Origin: Alphaproteobacteria bacterium
GTDB lineage: Bacteria; Pseudomonadota; Alphaproteobacteria; UBA9219; RGZA01
DNA length: 64,000 bases
Reading direction: 5' to 3'
Assembly: GCA_041917755.1 (NCBI GenBank)
Contig: JAYRWY010000003.1
Location: 8,563 to 72,562 of the forward strand
The position numbers and the translations under genes were made by a program. This document shows, in pieces, positions 29,382-39,702 of the stretch. Position 1 is the first letter of the stretch. Each line of letters begins with the position of its first letter. The notes below the pieces were generated by a model that searched no databases, was not told the DNA's origin, and saw only the letters and a list, made by a program, of their open reading frames with translations.

Positions 29382-29888
29382 CTACTCTTTGGTTTCCGTG
29401 GTGGCATTCTTTTTACGGAATTGATCAAGGCTAATCACTACGCCTTTTTCACCATCATCCTTGGGGGATGCAGCTTTCTTGGTTTCCTGATTGGCACTGT
29501 CATCGTCAAAGGCATCATCCTCATCATCACCTTCCATGGTCTGGAATTGCAGTGCGAAGTTAACAGATGGGTCGGCAAAGGTTGTAATTGCGCCAAACGG
29601 AACGGTTAGGCGTTCCTTGATGTTATTGAAGCTGAGGGTAACGCTGAATCCTGTTTCGGTTACCACCAGGCCATAATACTGGTACTGCAACACGATGGTC
29701 ATTTCTTTTGGGTACTGCTCATGCAGGTGTGGCGGAATTTGAACGCCAGAAAATTCTGTCAAAAATGAAATATAGAAATGATGACTTCCAGGCAGCCCAC
29801 GTTCTGCCACCATTTTAAGGGTGTCAGATACAACACGGCGCAACGCACCTTCGACCATCAAGTCATAACGTAAATCTTCATCAGACAT
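29382..29888 (-). CDS. sspB: ClpXP adaptor SspB-like protein
   Basis: The N-terminal domain resembles SspB (GSHHFYISFLTEFSGVQIP...). It is followed by an acidic disordered tail, as in SspB. Confidence 0.65.
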   Translation of the reverse strand: MSDEDLRYDLMVEGALRRVVSDTLKMVAERGLPGSHHFYISFLTEFSGVQIPPHLHEQYPKEMTIVLQYQYYGLVVTETGFSVTLSFNNIKERLTVPFGAITTFADPSVNFALQFQTMEGDDEDDAFDDDSANQETKKAASPKDDGEKGVVISLDQFRKKNATTETKE

Positions 29889-30123
29889 TTTGAAAAACGA
29901 TATTAGGAGTTGTTAATTAAAAGCCACATATTCTTCTTCGCTTGTTAACAAGTGTAAGTCAAGAAAGGTTTCTGACCGATGCGGCGTTTTGGGCAAACTA
30001 TCCCATTAAAGCTGCACTTTTGGCCGTTTTGTCTGGCTGATGCAGAAAATATGGGCATTGATTAGGGCAAATCATTTCCTATATCCTGCTGACTATATAT
30101 GAAATGATTTTTAAGGCATCTAA

Positions 30124-30729
30124 ATGGCCAAGGCACCCAGTCGCTCACCCTACAGCCCAGACACCATCGTAGATAACAAACGCATATGGGAAACACCACG
30201 TGAGATTGTAATTTGGCCAAGCTGGGCACTCTATCAAAAATACAAAGCATTTCATGACGCAAGGCCGGAAAGCCATGTATGGCGCTCCCTTACATCATTT
30301 GACCCGCATGCACTAACCCAGCCAATAACGCAGGCAAATTTTGATGCATGGCGTGAAAGCAAAATTCAGGAACTGGTTGAAGGCCCGTGCCAGCCATTGG
30401 TGCGCCGTATATTGGATGCAGGTCACTTCACGCTATACAGCAATGCCTTTGGCGGTGGTGATAAGGGTGTTGAATTCACCCGTGATTTATTCAGATACCA
30501 TATTGATAAAAGCGGCCGTTTCTTTTGCTATCTCGAAAACTGGTATACTGCCCCGCAAATTGTGAATGCTGATAAGGTGGTTACATCTAGCTATCCAAAA
30601 CCGGATGCCGAGCAAAGCAAAGCGTTAGCCAAAAAATTGAATTTAGAACCCAAGCCTTCCGCATCACCATCACCGGAGCGCCCCGCAAAACGCAAGCGCA
30701 CCCAGCGGCCAAGACGCGATCATAGCTAA
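30124..30729 (+). CDS. hypothetical protein with a C-terminal polybasic NLS-like tail
   Basis: 201 aa. The C-terminus is PSASPSPERPAKRKRTQRPRRDHS. Confidence 0.5.
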   Translation: MAKAPSRSPYSPDTIVDNKRIWETPREIVIWPSWALYQKYKAFHDARPESHVWRSLTSFDPHALTQPITQANFDAWRESKIQELVEGPCQPLVRRILDAGHFTLYSNAFGGGDKGVEFTRDLFRYHIDKSGRFFCYLENWYTAPQIVNADKVVTSSYPKPDAEQSKALAKKLNLEPKPSASPSPERPAKRKRTQRPRRDHS

Positions 30730-30734
30730 AAGAA

Positions 30735-31095
30735 AGTGGGGGGCTTCTGTTGCCCGGTGCCCCCCGGACCGCTAAGCTTTTCGCTTAACTACCGAATCCC
30801 AAAGGATTAAGCAGCTAGAGCTACGCGAGCTTCAGGAGCAACGTTGTCGTTGGCATCCGTAGTTGTTAGCCCGATAACGGCGGAACCATGCCGAGCAAAA
30901 ACTGTACTTTTACTACATACGTCGATCCTAGTTCGCCCCCACATATTGGCTCTTTGCGACTGCTCTGCGCTTTACGCAACCGCGACTGCAAAAGTAATCT
31001 CTTCCTGAGCCAATATGGTGGAGGCGCCGGGTACCGCCCCCGGGTCCGTCCTGCTTATTCTGTACAGCGTTTATCACCATAGTCGGCGAACCGAC
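30735..31095 (-). ncRNA. ssrA: tmRNA (ssrA), circularly permuted two-piece type; gene boundaries approximate
   Basis: Minus strand: T-arm (CCGGG/CCCGG stem) plus CGCCTCC-A-CCA, with the 3' end at 31016. The 5' strand GGGGGCG begins at 30940 and gives a G3:U70 wobble. The tag ORF GCC AAC GAC AAC GTT GCT CCT GAA GCT CGC GTA GCT CTA GCT GCT TAA at 30854-30807 encodes ANDNVAPEARVALAA. The CCA end precedes the tag ORF in gene orientation. Confidence 0.8.
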
Positions 31096-31298
31096 GGTTC
31101 TGTTTATATCACAAAACCTTTACAATTCGATTGCTTATTTTGGACTGCCTGTATTTTAGCCAATTCTTTCAAGCAATTATGCGACTTTTTTCATGTGAAT
31201 TGTGCCGTGAATGTGTTTGACGGGGGGATGCATTCTAAAAGAAACTATGACCCATCAACGTTCCGTTTTGATTCTTCCTTTCTGGCCCTCATTGGATA

Positions 31299-32252
31299 TT
31301 GCCCATGCCCGTTTCTGCTGAACAACGCTCCGAAATTGACCAAATCCGCGCCGAAACAAAGCCAACGCGCCGCGCGACCGTTCCTGCACTTGAAGAAATC
31401 CTTTATGAACCGCTTCCGGTTCTCGACCACGGCTTTGTCCGTGTTATTGATTATATGGGCGATGATAATGCGGTGGTGCAAGCAGCCCGCGTATCTTATG
31501 GCAAGGGCACCAAGAAAGTTTCAGAAGATGCAGGCCTCATCCGCTATCTGATGCGTCACTGGCATTCCACCCCATTTGAAATGTGCGAAATCAAATTCCA
31601 CGTAAAGTTACCAATTTTTGTTGCGCGCCAATGGATACGTCATCGTACCGCCAACGTGAATGAATATTCCGCCCGTTATTCAATTATGGATAAGGAATTT
31701 TATATCCCACCGCGTGAACAGCTTGCCGTGCAGTCAACCCAAAACCATCAAGGCCGTGGCGCAACGCTCAATGACAAGGAAGCCGTGCAGGTCATGGACT
31801 TGTTGAAGAAAGATTCCGAAAGCGTCTATGCCCATTATCAACAAATGTTGAATGAAGATGAAAAAGGAAATGTAATTGATGCTGGCCGCGAAGGCTTGGC
31901 TCGTGAGCTTGCACGTATGAACCTAACCCTCAATTACTATACGCAATGGTATTGGAAGGTCGATTTGCATAACCTCATGCACTTTTTGCGCCTACGCGCA
32001 GATAGCCATGCCCAATATGAAATCCGCGTTTATGCCGATGCCATGTTGAATGTACTGGAACGGTGGTGTCCCCACACCTTCAGCGCGTTTAAAGAATACC
32101 GTATGGGTGGCGCCAATATTTCAACGACGGGCCTAAGCATCGTTCAGCGTATGTTAAAAGGCGAAAAAGTACAGCATGCGGATAGTGGTCTTTCCAAACG
32201 TGAATGGAACGAACTGATGGGTGATTTGGGCCTAGAACAATTGAAGGCGTAG
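31299..32252 (+). CDS. thyX: FAD-dependent thymidylate synthase
   Basis: Carries the ThyX motif [14 protein letters not shown]. Confidence 0.9.
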   Translation: MPMPVSAEQRSEIDQIRAETKPTRRATVPALEEILYEPLPVLDHGFVRVIDYMGDDNAVVQAARVSYGKGTKKVSEDAGLIRYLMRHWHSTPFEMCEIKFHVKLPIFVARQWIRHRTANVNEYSARYSIMDKEFYIPPREQLAVQSTQNHQGRGATLNDKEAVQVMDLLKKDSESVYAHYQQMLNEDEKGNVIDAGREGLARELARMNLTLNYYTQWYWKVDLHNLMHFLRLRADSHAQYEIRVYADAMLNVLERWCPHTFSAFKEYRMGGANISTTGLSIVQRMLKGEKVQHADSGLSKREWNELMGDLGLEQLKA

Positions 32253-32254
32253 GA

Positions 32255-33454
32255 ATGCCATTAAGGTTCATCAACAAATTTCTCCACGGCCAGTATTCAA
32301 GTAGCATTGTTCTTATCTTTGCAACGGCATTGGCCATGTTTATTGCCAACTCGCCTTTGGCTTCAAGCTATCAGGATATTCTGCATTCGCAGGTTGGATT
32401 TACCACAGACTGGATAACCCTTAATTTATCAGTATCACACTGGGTCAATGATGGCCTGATGGTGTTGTTCTTTTTGTTGGTTGGGCTTGAAATTAAGCGT
32501 GAATTTTTGCGTGGTGAACTTGGCACGCTGAGCAAAGCAGCTTTCCCGATTATATGTGCCGTGGGCGGGGTTATTGCTCCTGCGCTCATATTTATGTTTA
32601 TCAATAAATCACATCACGAATATTGGTCGGGCTGGGCTATTCCCACGGCCACCGATATTGCCTTTGCCTTGGGACTTCTTGCATTGGGCGGAAAAAATGT
32701 TCCGATATCTCTAAAGGTATTTCTAACCGCCTTGGCGATTATTGATGACCTTATTGCCATTATCATCATCGCCTTATTTTATGGTGAACCGCTCAACATC
32801 GATGCATTTTTCCTGAGTATTCTGGTGATGTTTGCGCTATTCACTTTGAATGTCATGCGCGTAAAGCATATCTGGCCTTATATTGCGCTTGGCTTTTTCC
32901 TATGGATTGGCGTTTTACAATCGGGCCTTCATCCGACTATCGCAGGTGTATTATTGGCGTTGATGATCCCCATAGATGAAAATAAAGACAAGTCGCCATT
33001 GCATCGTCTGGAAGGAGCTTTACATCCATTATCAGCGTTCGTCATCATGCCTGTATTTGCGCTGGCAAATGCCGGGTTATCGTTTGCCGGTGTCAATCCA
33101 TCCGACTTACTGAATAAGCTGCCGCTGGGCATCATGATGGGCCTGTTCTTTGGCAAACAAATCGGAATTATTCTAGCAGGCAAGGTTGCTATCCGTATGG
33201 GCTGGGCGCAATTGCCGGTGGATGTTACTCCGCGCCAGTTTTATGCCGCCTCCGTCTTAGCCGGCATTGGCTTTACCATGAGTTTGTTTATTGGTTCGCT
33301 CGCATTCAAATCGGATGAGCTGGATAATCTGGTGCGTCTTGGAGTGATGGCGGGATCGCTACTATCTGCGGTAGTTGGTATTTTGTTGTTGCGCAGTGGC
33401 CCCGGCAAAAAAGCGGCCGATTTTGTTCCCGACGATCCGGAAGAAAATATTTAG
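32255..33454 (+). CDS. nhaA: Na+/H+ antiporter NhaA
   Basis: 399 aa and polytopic. The VGLEIKREF and TDIAFALG motifs are present. Confidence 0.9.
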   Translation: MPLRFINKFLHGQYSSSIVLIFATALAMFIANSPLASSYQDILHSQVGFTTDWITLNLSVSHWVNDGLMVLFFLLVGLEIKREFLRGELGTLSKAAFPIICAVGGVIAPALIFMFINKSHHEYWSGWAIPTATDIAFALGLLALGGKNVPISLKVFLTALAIIDDLIAIIIIALFYGEPLNIDAFFLSILVMFALFTLNVMRVKHIWPYIALGFFLWIGVLQSGLHPTIAGVLLALMIPIDENKDKSPLHRLEGALHPLSAFVIMPVFALANAGLSFAGVNPSDLLNKLPLGIMMGLFFGKQIGIILAGKVAIRMGWAQLPVDVTPRQFYAASVLAGIGFTMSLFIGSLAFKSDELDNLVRLGVMAGSLLSAVVGILLLRSGPGKKAADFVPDDPEENI

Positions 33455-35055
33455 GCCGCCGCCTTATTCATTTCCCGCGTTTTGGAGAAGACCAAATCGG
33501 GGTTTTCTTCCTTGGTCCGTTCCAGATGCCAAGCATTGCGCGCAAGGAATACCAAGGCACCGTCATGGTCTTCAGCAAGGCTCATCCGGTATTTATCGGT
33601 GAATAGCTTGATTTTGATCGCATCACCTTCTACCCAACGGGCGTATTCAACGCCTGCGCCTTCAAACTTGGCGGGCAGGCCATATTCGGCCTCAATCCGT
33701 GCGCTCAGTACTTCAAATTGCAATGGGCCAACGACACCAACAATCCAGTCCGACCCACTCAGCGGCTTAAATACCTGACTGGCGCCTTCTTCGGCAAAGT
33801 GTTCCAGCGCTTTGCGCAAATGTTTGACCTTCATCGGGTCATCCAGATGCACACGTTGCAATACTTCAGGCGCAAAACTGGGTACGCCGACATAACGCAG
33901 GATTTCAGTTTCACTAAGGGTATCGCCGATGCGCAAGGTCCCATGGTTAGGAATACCCATAATATCGCCGGCATAGGCGTCTTCGGCCAATTCGCGTTCA
34001 CGTGCCAAGAATAGTACGGCGTTATTAACAGCCATCGTCTTCTCACTGCGGATATGTTTCAGCTTCATGCCGCGTTTAAAGTGGCCCGAGCATAAGCGCA
34101 CAAAGGCAATGCGGTCGCGGTGGTTGGGGTCCATATTTGCCTGAACCTTAAACACAAATCCGGTCACTTTTTCTTCTTGCGGGTTAACAATACGCTCAGC
34201 GGCAGGTTGCGGGCGAGGGGACGGTGCAAAATCAGCCAGACCTTGTAGCAATTCACGTACACCAAAGTTGTTTACGGCGCTGCCAAAGAAAATAGGGGTC
34301 ATATGCCCTTCGCGGTAGCTTTGCATGTCAAATGGCTTACAAAGGCCGCGCACCATCGTCACGTCATCTCGCAGCTTGGCAAGGGCGTCTTCTGGCAAAT
34401 GCTCGGCCAGTTGCGGGTCATCAAGGCCAGTGCACTTGATGCCTTCATCAACCTTGGCGGCAAAGCCTTTGCGGTTCATGAGGAACAAACGGTCGCGAAT
34501 TACGTCATAACACCCAAGAAAATCGCGGCCAGACCCAATTGGCCAGCTGGCAGGCGTGACATCCAGCGCGAGGGTCTTTTCAATCTCATCCATCAAATCA
34601 AATGGGTCACGGGCTTCGCGGTCCATTTTGTTGATGAAGGTAATGATAGGAATATCGCGCATGCGGCAAACTTCGAATAGTTTACGCGTTTGCGTTTCAA
34701 TACCTTTGGCACCGTCAATTACCATCACCGCGCTATCAACAGCGGTTAGGGTGCGATAAGTGTCCTCAGAAAAATCTTCATGGCCTGGCGTATCAAGCAG
34801 GTTGAAGGCTTTTTCATCATATTCAAAGCTCATCACCGATGCGGAAACCGAAATACCGCGTTCGCGTTCAACCTTCATCCAGTCGGAACGTGCGCGTCGC
34901 GCATCGCCGCGTGCCTTGACAGCACCTGCAAGCAAAATAGCGCCACCGAATAGCAATAGCTTTTCGGTGAGTGTGGTTTTACCAGCGTCAGGGTGGGCGA
35001 TAATCGCAAAGGTACGACGACGCTCTACTTCTTTGATTTGTTCGGCTTGTGACAT
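33451..35055 (-). CDS. prfC: peptide chain release factor 3
   Basis: G1 motif AIIAHPDAGKTT in a GTPase of 534 aa. Confidence 0.9.
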   Translation of the reverse strand: MSQAEQIKEVERRRTFAIIAHPDAGKTTLTEKLLLFGGAILLAGAVKARGDARRARSDWMKVERERGISVSASVMSFEYDEKAFNLLDTPGHEDFSEDTYRTLTAVDSAVMVIDGAKGIETQTRKLFEVCRMRDIPIITFINKMDREARDPFDLMDEIEKTLALDVTPASWPIGSGRDFLGCYDVIRDRLFLMNRKGFAAKVDEGIKCTGLDDPQLAEHLPEDALAKLRDDVTMVRGLCKPFDMQSYREGHMTPIFFGSAVNNFGVRELLQGLADFAPSPRPQPAAERIVNPQEEKVTGFVFKVQANMDPNHRDRIAFVRLCSGHFKRGMKLKHIRSEKTMAVNNAVLFLARERELAEDAYAGDIMGIPNHGTLRIGDTLSETEILRYVGVPSFAPEVLQRVHLDDPMKVKHLRKALEHFAEEGASQVFKPLSGSDWIVGVVGPLQFEVLSARIEAEYGLPAKFEGAGVEYARWVEGDAIKIKLFTDKYRMSLAEDHDGALVFLARNAWHLERTKEENPDLVFSKTREMNKAAA

Positions 35056-35098
35056 GGCAGTTGGAATAAAGGCAGACGGCTAAAGAAGCAAGATATCT

Positions 35099-36460
35099 TT
35101 ATACTTCTTTATCGCCAACGACCTTATTACGGCCTGTTTCCTTGGCTTTATAAAGGGCGGCATCGGCCTTACGCAGGAGGGTATCGGCCGTTTCCTGACC
35201 TTCATCGGAGCCTGCAACGCCAACGCTCATGGTGACATTCAGCTCTAATTTGGGATCGTTAATAACAAAGGGGCTATTAGCAACGGCGGCACGTAAACGC
35301 TCTCCGGCATTCATGGCGGCGGCATAGGGTGTTTCCGGCATGATAAGGGAGAATTCCTCACCGCCCATGCGAATGACCATATCGAAAAAGCGCATACTGG
35401 CGTTCAAGCGGCGCACAAGTTCCTGAAGTACCTGGTCGCCCACATGGTGGCCATAGCTATCATTAATTTTTTTGAAAAAATCGATGTCCAGCATCACCAC
35501 CGATATCGGCTTCTTGTTCGCTTTGCTGCGTTCAAACAAACGGGGTAGATTTTTTTCAAGATAATGGCGGTTGTAAACACCTGTCAGGGAGTCGGTTACC
35601 GCCATCGCCATGTTTTTTTCATACGATAAACGCAAACGGTCGTAAGTGCGTTTATGTTTAATTTGGGTGCGCAGACGTGCCTGCAATTCATGCGGATCTA
35701 CCGGTTTGAAGATGTAGTCGTTGGCGCCGATATCCAATGCCTTGGCGATTTTACCCAATTCGCTTTCATCGGCATACACAACGATTGGTACATATCGTGT
35801 CGCTTCATTGGCCTTAAGGTTGGCGCATACACGCAAGCCATCCTCACCAGCAAGATTAAGATTGACCATAATCACATGAATGCGTTCGCGCTCCAAAAGC
35901 GGCTCTATCTCATCAACCTTGCTGATGGAGTGACAAATCATCCCTGCATGGTGGATGTGTTTTTGAACAATGTCCTGATCATGCGGATTATCATCAAGCA
36001 GAATAATTTGTCCCGAGCGCAAGCTTTCTTCGTCGATATCAGCATTCATCGTGCTGTGGCCTTCACGCATGCGCCATTCATCCATTAACGCCTTAAGGCG
36101 CAAGCAAGAACGCACCCTTGCCATCAATGCAATATCATTGATGGGTTTGGTTAGAAAATCATCCGCCCCTGCATCAAGGCCGCGAACGCGGTCCTGTACA
36201 TCGGATAACGCTGTCACCATCACCACCGGTATTCCTTGCGTGGCGGGGTTGGCTTTGATTTGGCGGCATGCCTCAAATCCGTCCATTTCTGGCATCATCA
36301 CATCCAGAAGGATTAAATCAGGCTTTTCAGAAGCGGCCTTTTCAACGGCCTGCACGCCATTTTCTGCTGTAACAACGGAATAGTATTCCCTTGCTAGCTT
36401 CGCGCTCAGTAATTTGACATTAAGCGGATTGTCATCGGTAACGAGAATGCGGGCTGACAT
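35099..36460 (-). CDS. pleD: response regulator diguanylate cyclase PleD (REC-REC-GGDEF)
   Basis: Two receiver domains are followed by a GGDEF domain carrying RMGGEEF. Confidence 0.9.
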   Translation of the reverse strand: MSARILVTDDNPLNVKLLSAKLAREYYSVVTAENGVQAVEKAASEKPDLILLDVMMPEMDGFEACRQIKANPATQGIPVVMVTALSDVQDRVRGLDAGADDFLTKPINDIALMARVRSCLRLKALMDEWRMREGHSTMNADIDEESLRSGQIILLDDNPHDQDIVQKHIHHAGMICHSISKVDEIEPLLERERIHVIMVNLNLAGEDGLRVCANLKANEATRYVPIVVYADESELGKIAKALDIGANDYIFKPVDPHELQARLRTQIKHKRTYDRLRLSYEKNMAMAVTDSLTGVYNRHYLEKNLPRLFERSKANKKPISVVMLDIDFFKKINDSYGHHVGDQVLQELVRRLNASMRFFDMVIRMGGEEFSLIMPETPYAAAMNAGERLRAAVANSPFVINDPKLELNVTMSVGVAGSDEGQETADTLLRKADAALYKAKETGRNKVVGDKEV

Positions 36461-36837
36461 TATTTATCCAGATACTTGTGAACTGTTTCAAAAAATTTTC
36501 CAACAGAAATTGGCTTGGAAAGATAATCATCGCAACCGCTTTGGCGAATTTTTTCTTCATCGCCCTTCATGGCAAAGGCTGTAATGGCAATGATGGGAAT
36601 GGATGCCAAGGTGCTATCATCCTTCATCATGCGGATAAGGTCATAGCCAGAAATTTCTGGCAGCTGGATATCCATCAATACCAAATCCGGATTTTCTGTT
36701 TTTGCAATCCGAATGGCTTCCTTGCCTTCGCGGGTTTCTAAAATGCGATGTCCTTTTGATGTTAACAAATCACGGAACAGTTTAGCGTTCAGCTCATTGT
36801 CTTCGACAATCAGAATGGTCTTTCCGTTTGCGGTCAT
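36460..36837 (-). CDS. divK: single-domain response regulator DivK
   Basis: A 125-aa receiver protein that overlaps the pleD start, as in the divK-pleD operon. Confidence 0.85.
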   Translation of the reverse strand: MTANGKTILIVEDNELNAKLFRDLLTSKGHRILETREGKEAIRIAKTENPDLVLMDIQLPEISGYDLIRMMKDDSTLASIPIIAITAFAMKGDEEKIRQSGCDDYLSKPISVGKFFETVHKYLDK

Positions 36838-36941
36838 CGTAAGGCTTTGGTAGAGGGGTGAAGTGGGTGTTTCCTTGAGCTAATAGGATGTCAGCAGAAG
36901 GTTAACAAACCCCTGACGACATCAGCTCATTATTTGAAGTA

Positions 36942-37940
36942 TTACGAATGCGGAATAAGGCTTTCAGCCGTACATTTGGCAGGGGATATAGCCTTAACTT
37001 CTACCAAATCCGCTGTCATGGAATATTCACCATAGTCGATAGTCATGCTTTTGATGATTCCATTATCCAAAAGCACCATATCCATTTCGTATTCAGGGGA
37101 GCCTGTTTCGCTGTTGGGAGCGAAAAATGCCATACGAATGGGCCATGCTTTGACACTGGTAAGCTTATCTTCTTTGCCCGAACTTGCCTTTTCAATCACA
37201 GGCTTGGCTTCAATTGCTGAACTGATAAAGGAGCTAATCTCGCTAAACCCTTTTTCATCTGCACCATCAAAGACATTTACGTTAAAGAACTTGTCGCCCT
37301 TACGTGCATGTTCCAGCAACTGCATGGTGTGATGCGCGGGAAACAATGTATTCGAAAGCGTAATACGCTTTTCACTATCTCCTGAGTAAACAGCTTCGCC
37401 CGATCCAGTACCATCCTTCAGGTTCAGATTGGCATAGCCACGATAGACATCTGTTTTTTCTGCGCCATCTTCGCTGTGGCGGGTATGGAAGTTAAACGTT
37501 GAGCCATCTTTGGCCTCTCGGCTTATCAAATCGCTCACTGTATCGCTTACTTCGCCTTCGCTATAAAAAAAGCGCAACTGCATTTTTTGTTCAACATTCC
37601 ATGCATGGCAATCATCGGCCCATGAAAACAGCATGCGGCCAGAAATATCGCTTACTCGGCTACCATTACGGGTGCCCGCAAGCTTCATGGTATAAAGCGC
37701 GCGATGTGGAACAATCGCCATCGGCGATGATTCTTGTGATGGCTTGGTGGCGGCCTTGGCGTCTTGGGGTGGAACGGGCACCGAATGAGCAGGAGATGTA
37801 GTTCCGCTGGAAAGTACGGCTGCATTCAACACACCAAAACACATCACACCAAATACAGCTGCTAAACACGTTCCTGCTGCAAGGCTAGAGATGGTTTTTA
37901 ATGGTTGTTTCAAAATCCGCATAAATCTATGCACTCCCAA
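36942..37940 (-). CDS. hypothetical periplasmic protein
   Basis: Has an N-terminal signal/TM segment. No family is recognized. It lies upstream of divK. Confidence 0.5.
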   Translation of the reverse strand: MGVHRFMRILKQPLKTISSLAAGTCLAAVFGVMCFGVLNAAVLSSGTTSPAHSVPVPPQDAKAATKPSQESSPMAIVPHRALYTMKLAGTRNGSRVSDISGRMLFSWADDCHAWNVEQKMQLRFFYSEGEVSDTVSDLISREAKDGSTFNFHTRHSEDGAEKTDVYRGYANLNLKDGTGSGEAVYSGDSEKRITLSNTLFPAHHTMQLLEHARKGDKFFNVNVFDGADEKGFSEISSFISSAIEAKPVIEKASSGKEDKLTSVKAWPIRMAFFAPNSETGSPEYEMDMVLLDNGIIKSMTIDYGEYSMTADLVEVKAISPAKCTAESLIPHS

Positions 37941-38217
37941 TAACTGCTATTGTGTCATCAAATGGTTAAGCAAGGTTTACGTGAGGCTCTGTTTTTCATA
38001 AAAAACCTATGTTTTTTCGCTGGTTAGGTGGCATTTCGATTAGGCAATTTTTTCCATAAAAAGATGATTTTTTCATGACGCAATGCAGTGTGCGACCAGC
38101 TGTATTTGAAATTATCAGGTTTTTCAGTGTCTTGCGGCTGGCATGGTCCTTGCAATTTTGTCTCTGGTTATAAAACGTGCCCGGCAAATCAACGTCATGG
38201 GCGGATGAGGAGATGAA

Positions 38218-38913
38218 ATGTCACGCTACACTACTTCAACTAAGCTTATGGCGGCCAGTATCAAGCATAGTGACATTGATTATTCAGTTCCGCTCAAAGA
38301 TAGTATCATTGATCACACCCTTGATCGTGCCCGCATCAGTGATATGGATGCTGCATTGGCCGCAATTAGTGAAGCGCAGCATCTAATTCAAGCGCAACGT
38401 CGCCGCATTGCCTATCTTGAAACTCTTTCCCTAAGTGATGAAGTAACCGGCCTGGTCAATCGCCGTGGCTTTATGTCGGCATTTCACCGTGAATTAGCTG
38501 CAGCAAAGCGTGACCCGCAGGCTCACGGTATCGTGATGATGTTCGATTTAGATGATTTCAAATTGGTCAATGATGGCCATGGTCATGCCGCAGGCGATGC
38601 CTACCTTTCATCGTTTGCTGCGGTATTAAGTAATGAAGTTCGCCCAACGGATATTGTTGCCCGTATTGGCGGAGACGAGTTTGCGGTCATTTTAACAAGA
38701 GCTGCTGCAAAACCAGGACTTGCACGCGCCGCCGCTATCATTAAAACCATCAATAGCAAGGTAATGACCTGGCGTCAGCATACCATCCAGCTTAAAGCCA
38801 GCTGCGGCCTTGCCACTTATACTGGCCGTGATATTGCCGAGGCAGTTATGGTCTCGGCTGATCTTAAACTCTATGCCGACAAGCAGAAGCGTAAGAAAAA
38901 CAGCGTCAAATAA
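38218..38913 (+). CDS. GGDEF domain diguanylate cyclase with N-terminal coiled coil
   Basis: GGDEF-domain sequence LVNRRGF...FDLDDFKLVNDGHGHAAGD...RIGGDEFAVIL. Confidence 0.85.
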   Translation: MSRYTTSTKLMAASIKHSDIDYSVPLKDSIIDHTLDRARISDMDAALAAISEAQHLIQAQRRRIAYLETLSLSDEVTGLVNRRGFMSAFHRELAAAKRDPQAHGIVMMFDLDDFKLVNDGHGHAAGDAYLSSFAAVLSNEVRPTDIVARIGGDEFAVILTRAAAKPGLARAAAIIKTINSKVMTWRQHTIQLKASCGLATYTGRDIAEAVMVSADLKLYADKQKRKKNSVK

Positions 38914-39015
38914 CCCCAAGCATCGTAATGTGATGCCGTTAACTATGTACGCAATCAATTCCACAGAAAATAAGGGCTAAATCTTTGTTATCATATATCC
39001 ATAAGGGGTATATGC

Positions 39016-39699
39016 ATGCCGGTGCGCTTTATAATTAATAGCCGCGAGAATTTCATTCTATTTGGAAAAATAGTTGCACAAACGTTGCGCGAGCACGATC
39101 CCAATCGGCAATGGATCATCAGCTTGCAAGGCGATACCAATGGCGGAAAATCACTAATCCCGCTTGCCGCAGATTTACAACTCAATCCACATCGTTATTC
39201 ATCTGAAGGCATTACAGACCATTTTGTCCATGAAATGGCCGCGCATCATCATCCGGAGTATTATCAAGGCATATATGATGAAGATGAATTCGCTAAAATA
39301 GGGGCGCCACAACCCCATGAACAAAAAATCTATTTTAATGATGGCTTGGCGCAAATCAGATTCCATGAGGGTGAATATCGCGCACCATGGGAAGCCATGT
39401 TGGCAACCATGCCTGAAACCAAGCTGGTATATTTATCCAATATTTGGAATTGGGCACAGCTGAGAACCAGGAGCAATGCAGCGCAAGGAAAAAAAATTCT
39501 TATCGATATGCGTATGGCTATATTGGTTGCCGAAGATGAAGGGTTCGTACGCCTTGTAAATTACAACACGGGCGACAATACACTGGACAAGAAAATCAAA
39601 TCCGCATATGACGCCGCAATCAAGGCCAATCAACCAATCCCTCCAGTGCCTGCATCAAAACGCAGGCGCCGATCACCGCCAAGAAACGAACAGCAATAA
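39016..39699 (+). CDS. hypothetical protein with a C-terminal polybasic NLS-like tail
   Basis: 227 aa. The C-terminus is PIPPVPASKRRRRSPPRNEQQ. Confidence 0.5.
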   Translation: MPVRFIINSRENFILFGKIVAQTLREHDPNRQWIISLQGDTNGGKSLIPLAADLQLNPHRYSSEGITDHFVHEMAAHHHPEYYQGIYDEDEFAKIGAPQPHEQKIYFNDGLAQIRFHEGEYRAPWEAMLATMPETKLVYLSNIWNWAQLRTRSNAAQGKKILIDMRMAILVAEDEGFVRLVNYNTGDNTLDKKIKSAYDAAIKANQPIPPVPASKRRRRSPPRNEQQ

Positions 39700-39702
39700 A
39701 AG

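Noticed and set aside
30736-30773. GC-rich hairpin GGGGGGC-N14-GCCCCCC as an independent regulatory element
   Set aside because: It is more simply explained as a shared terminator or 3' terminal hairpin between the convergent hypothetical gene (30124-30729) and the ssrA coding piece.
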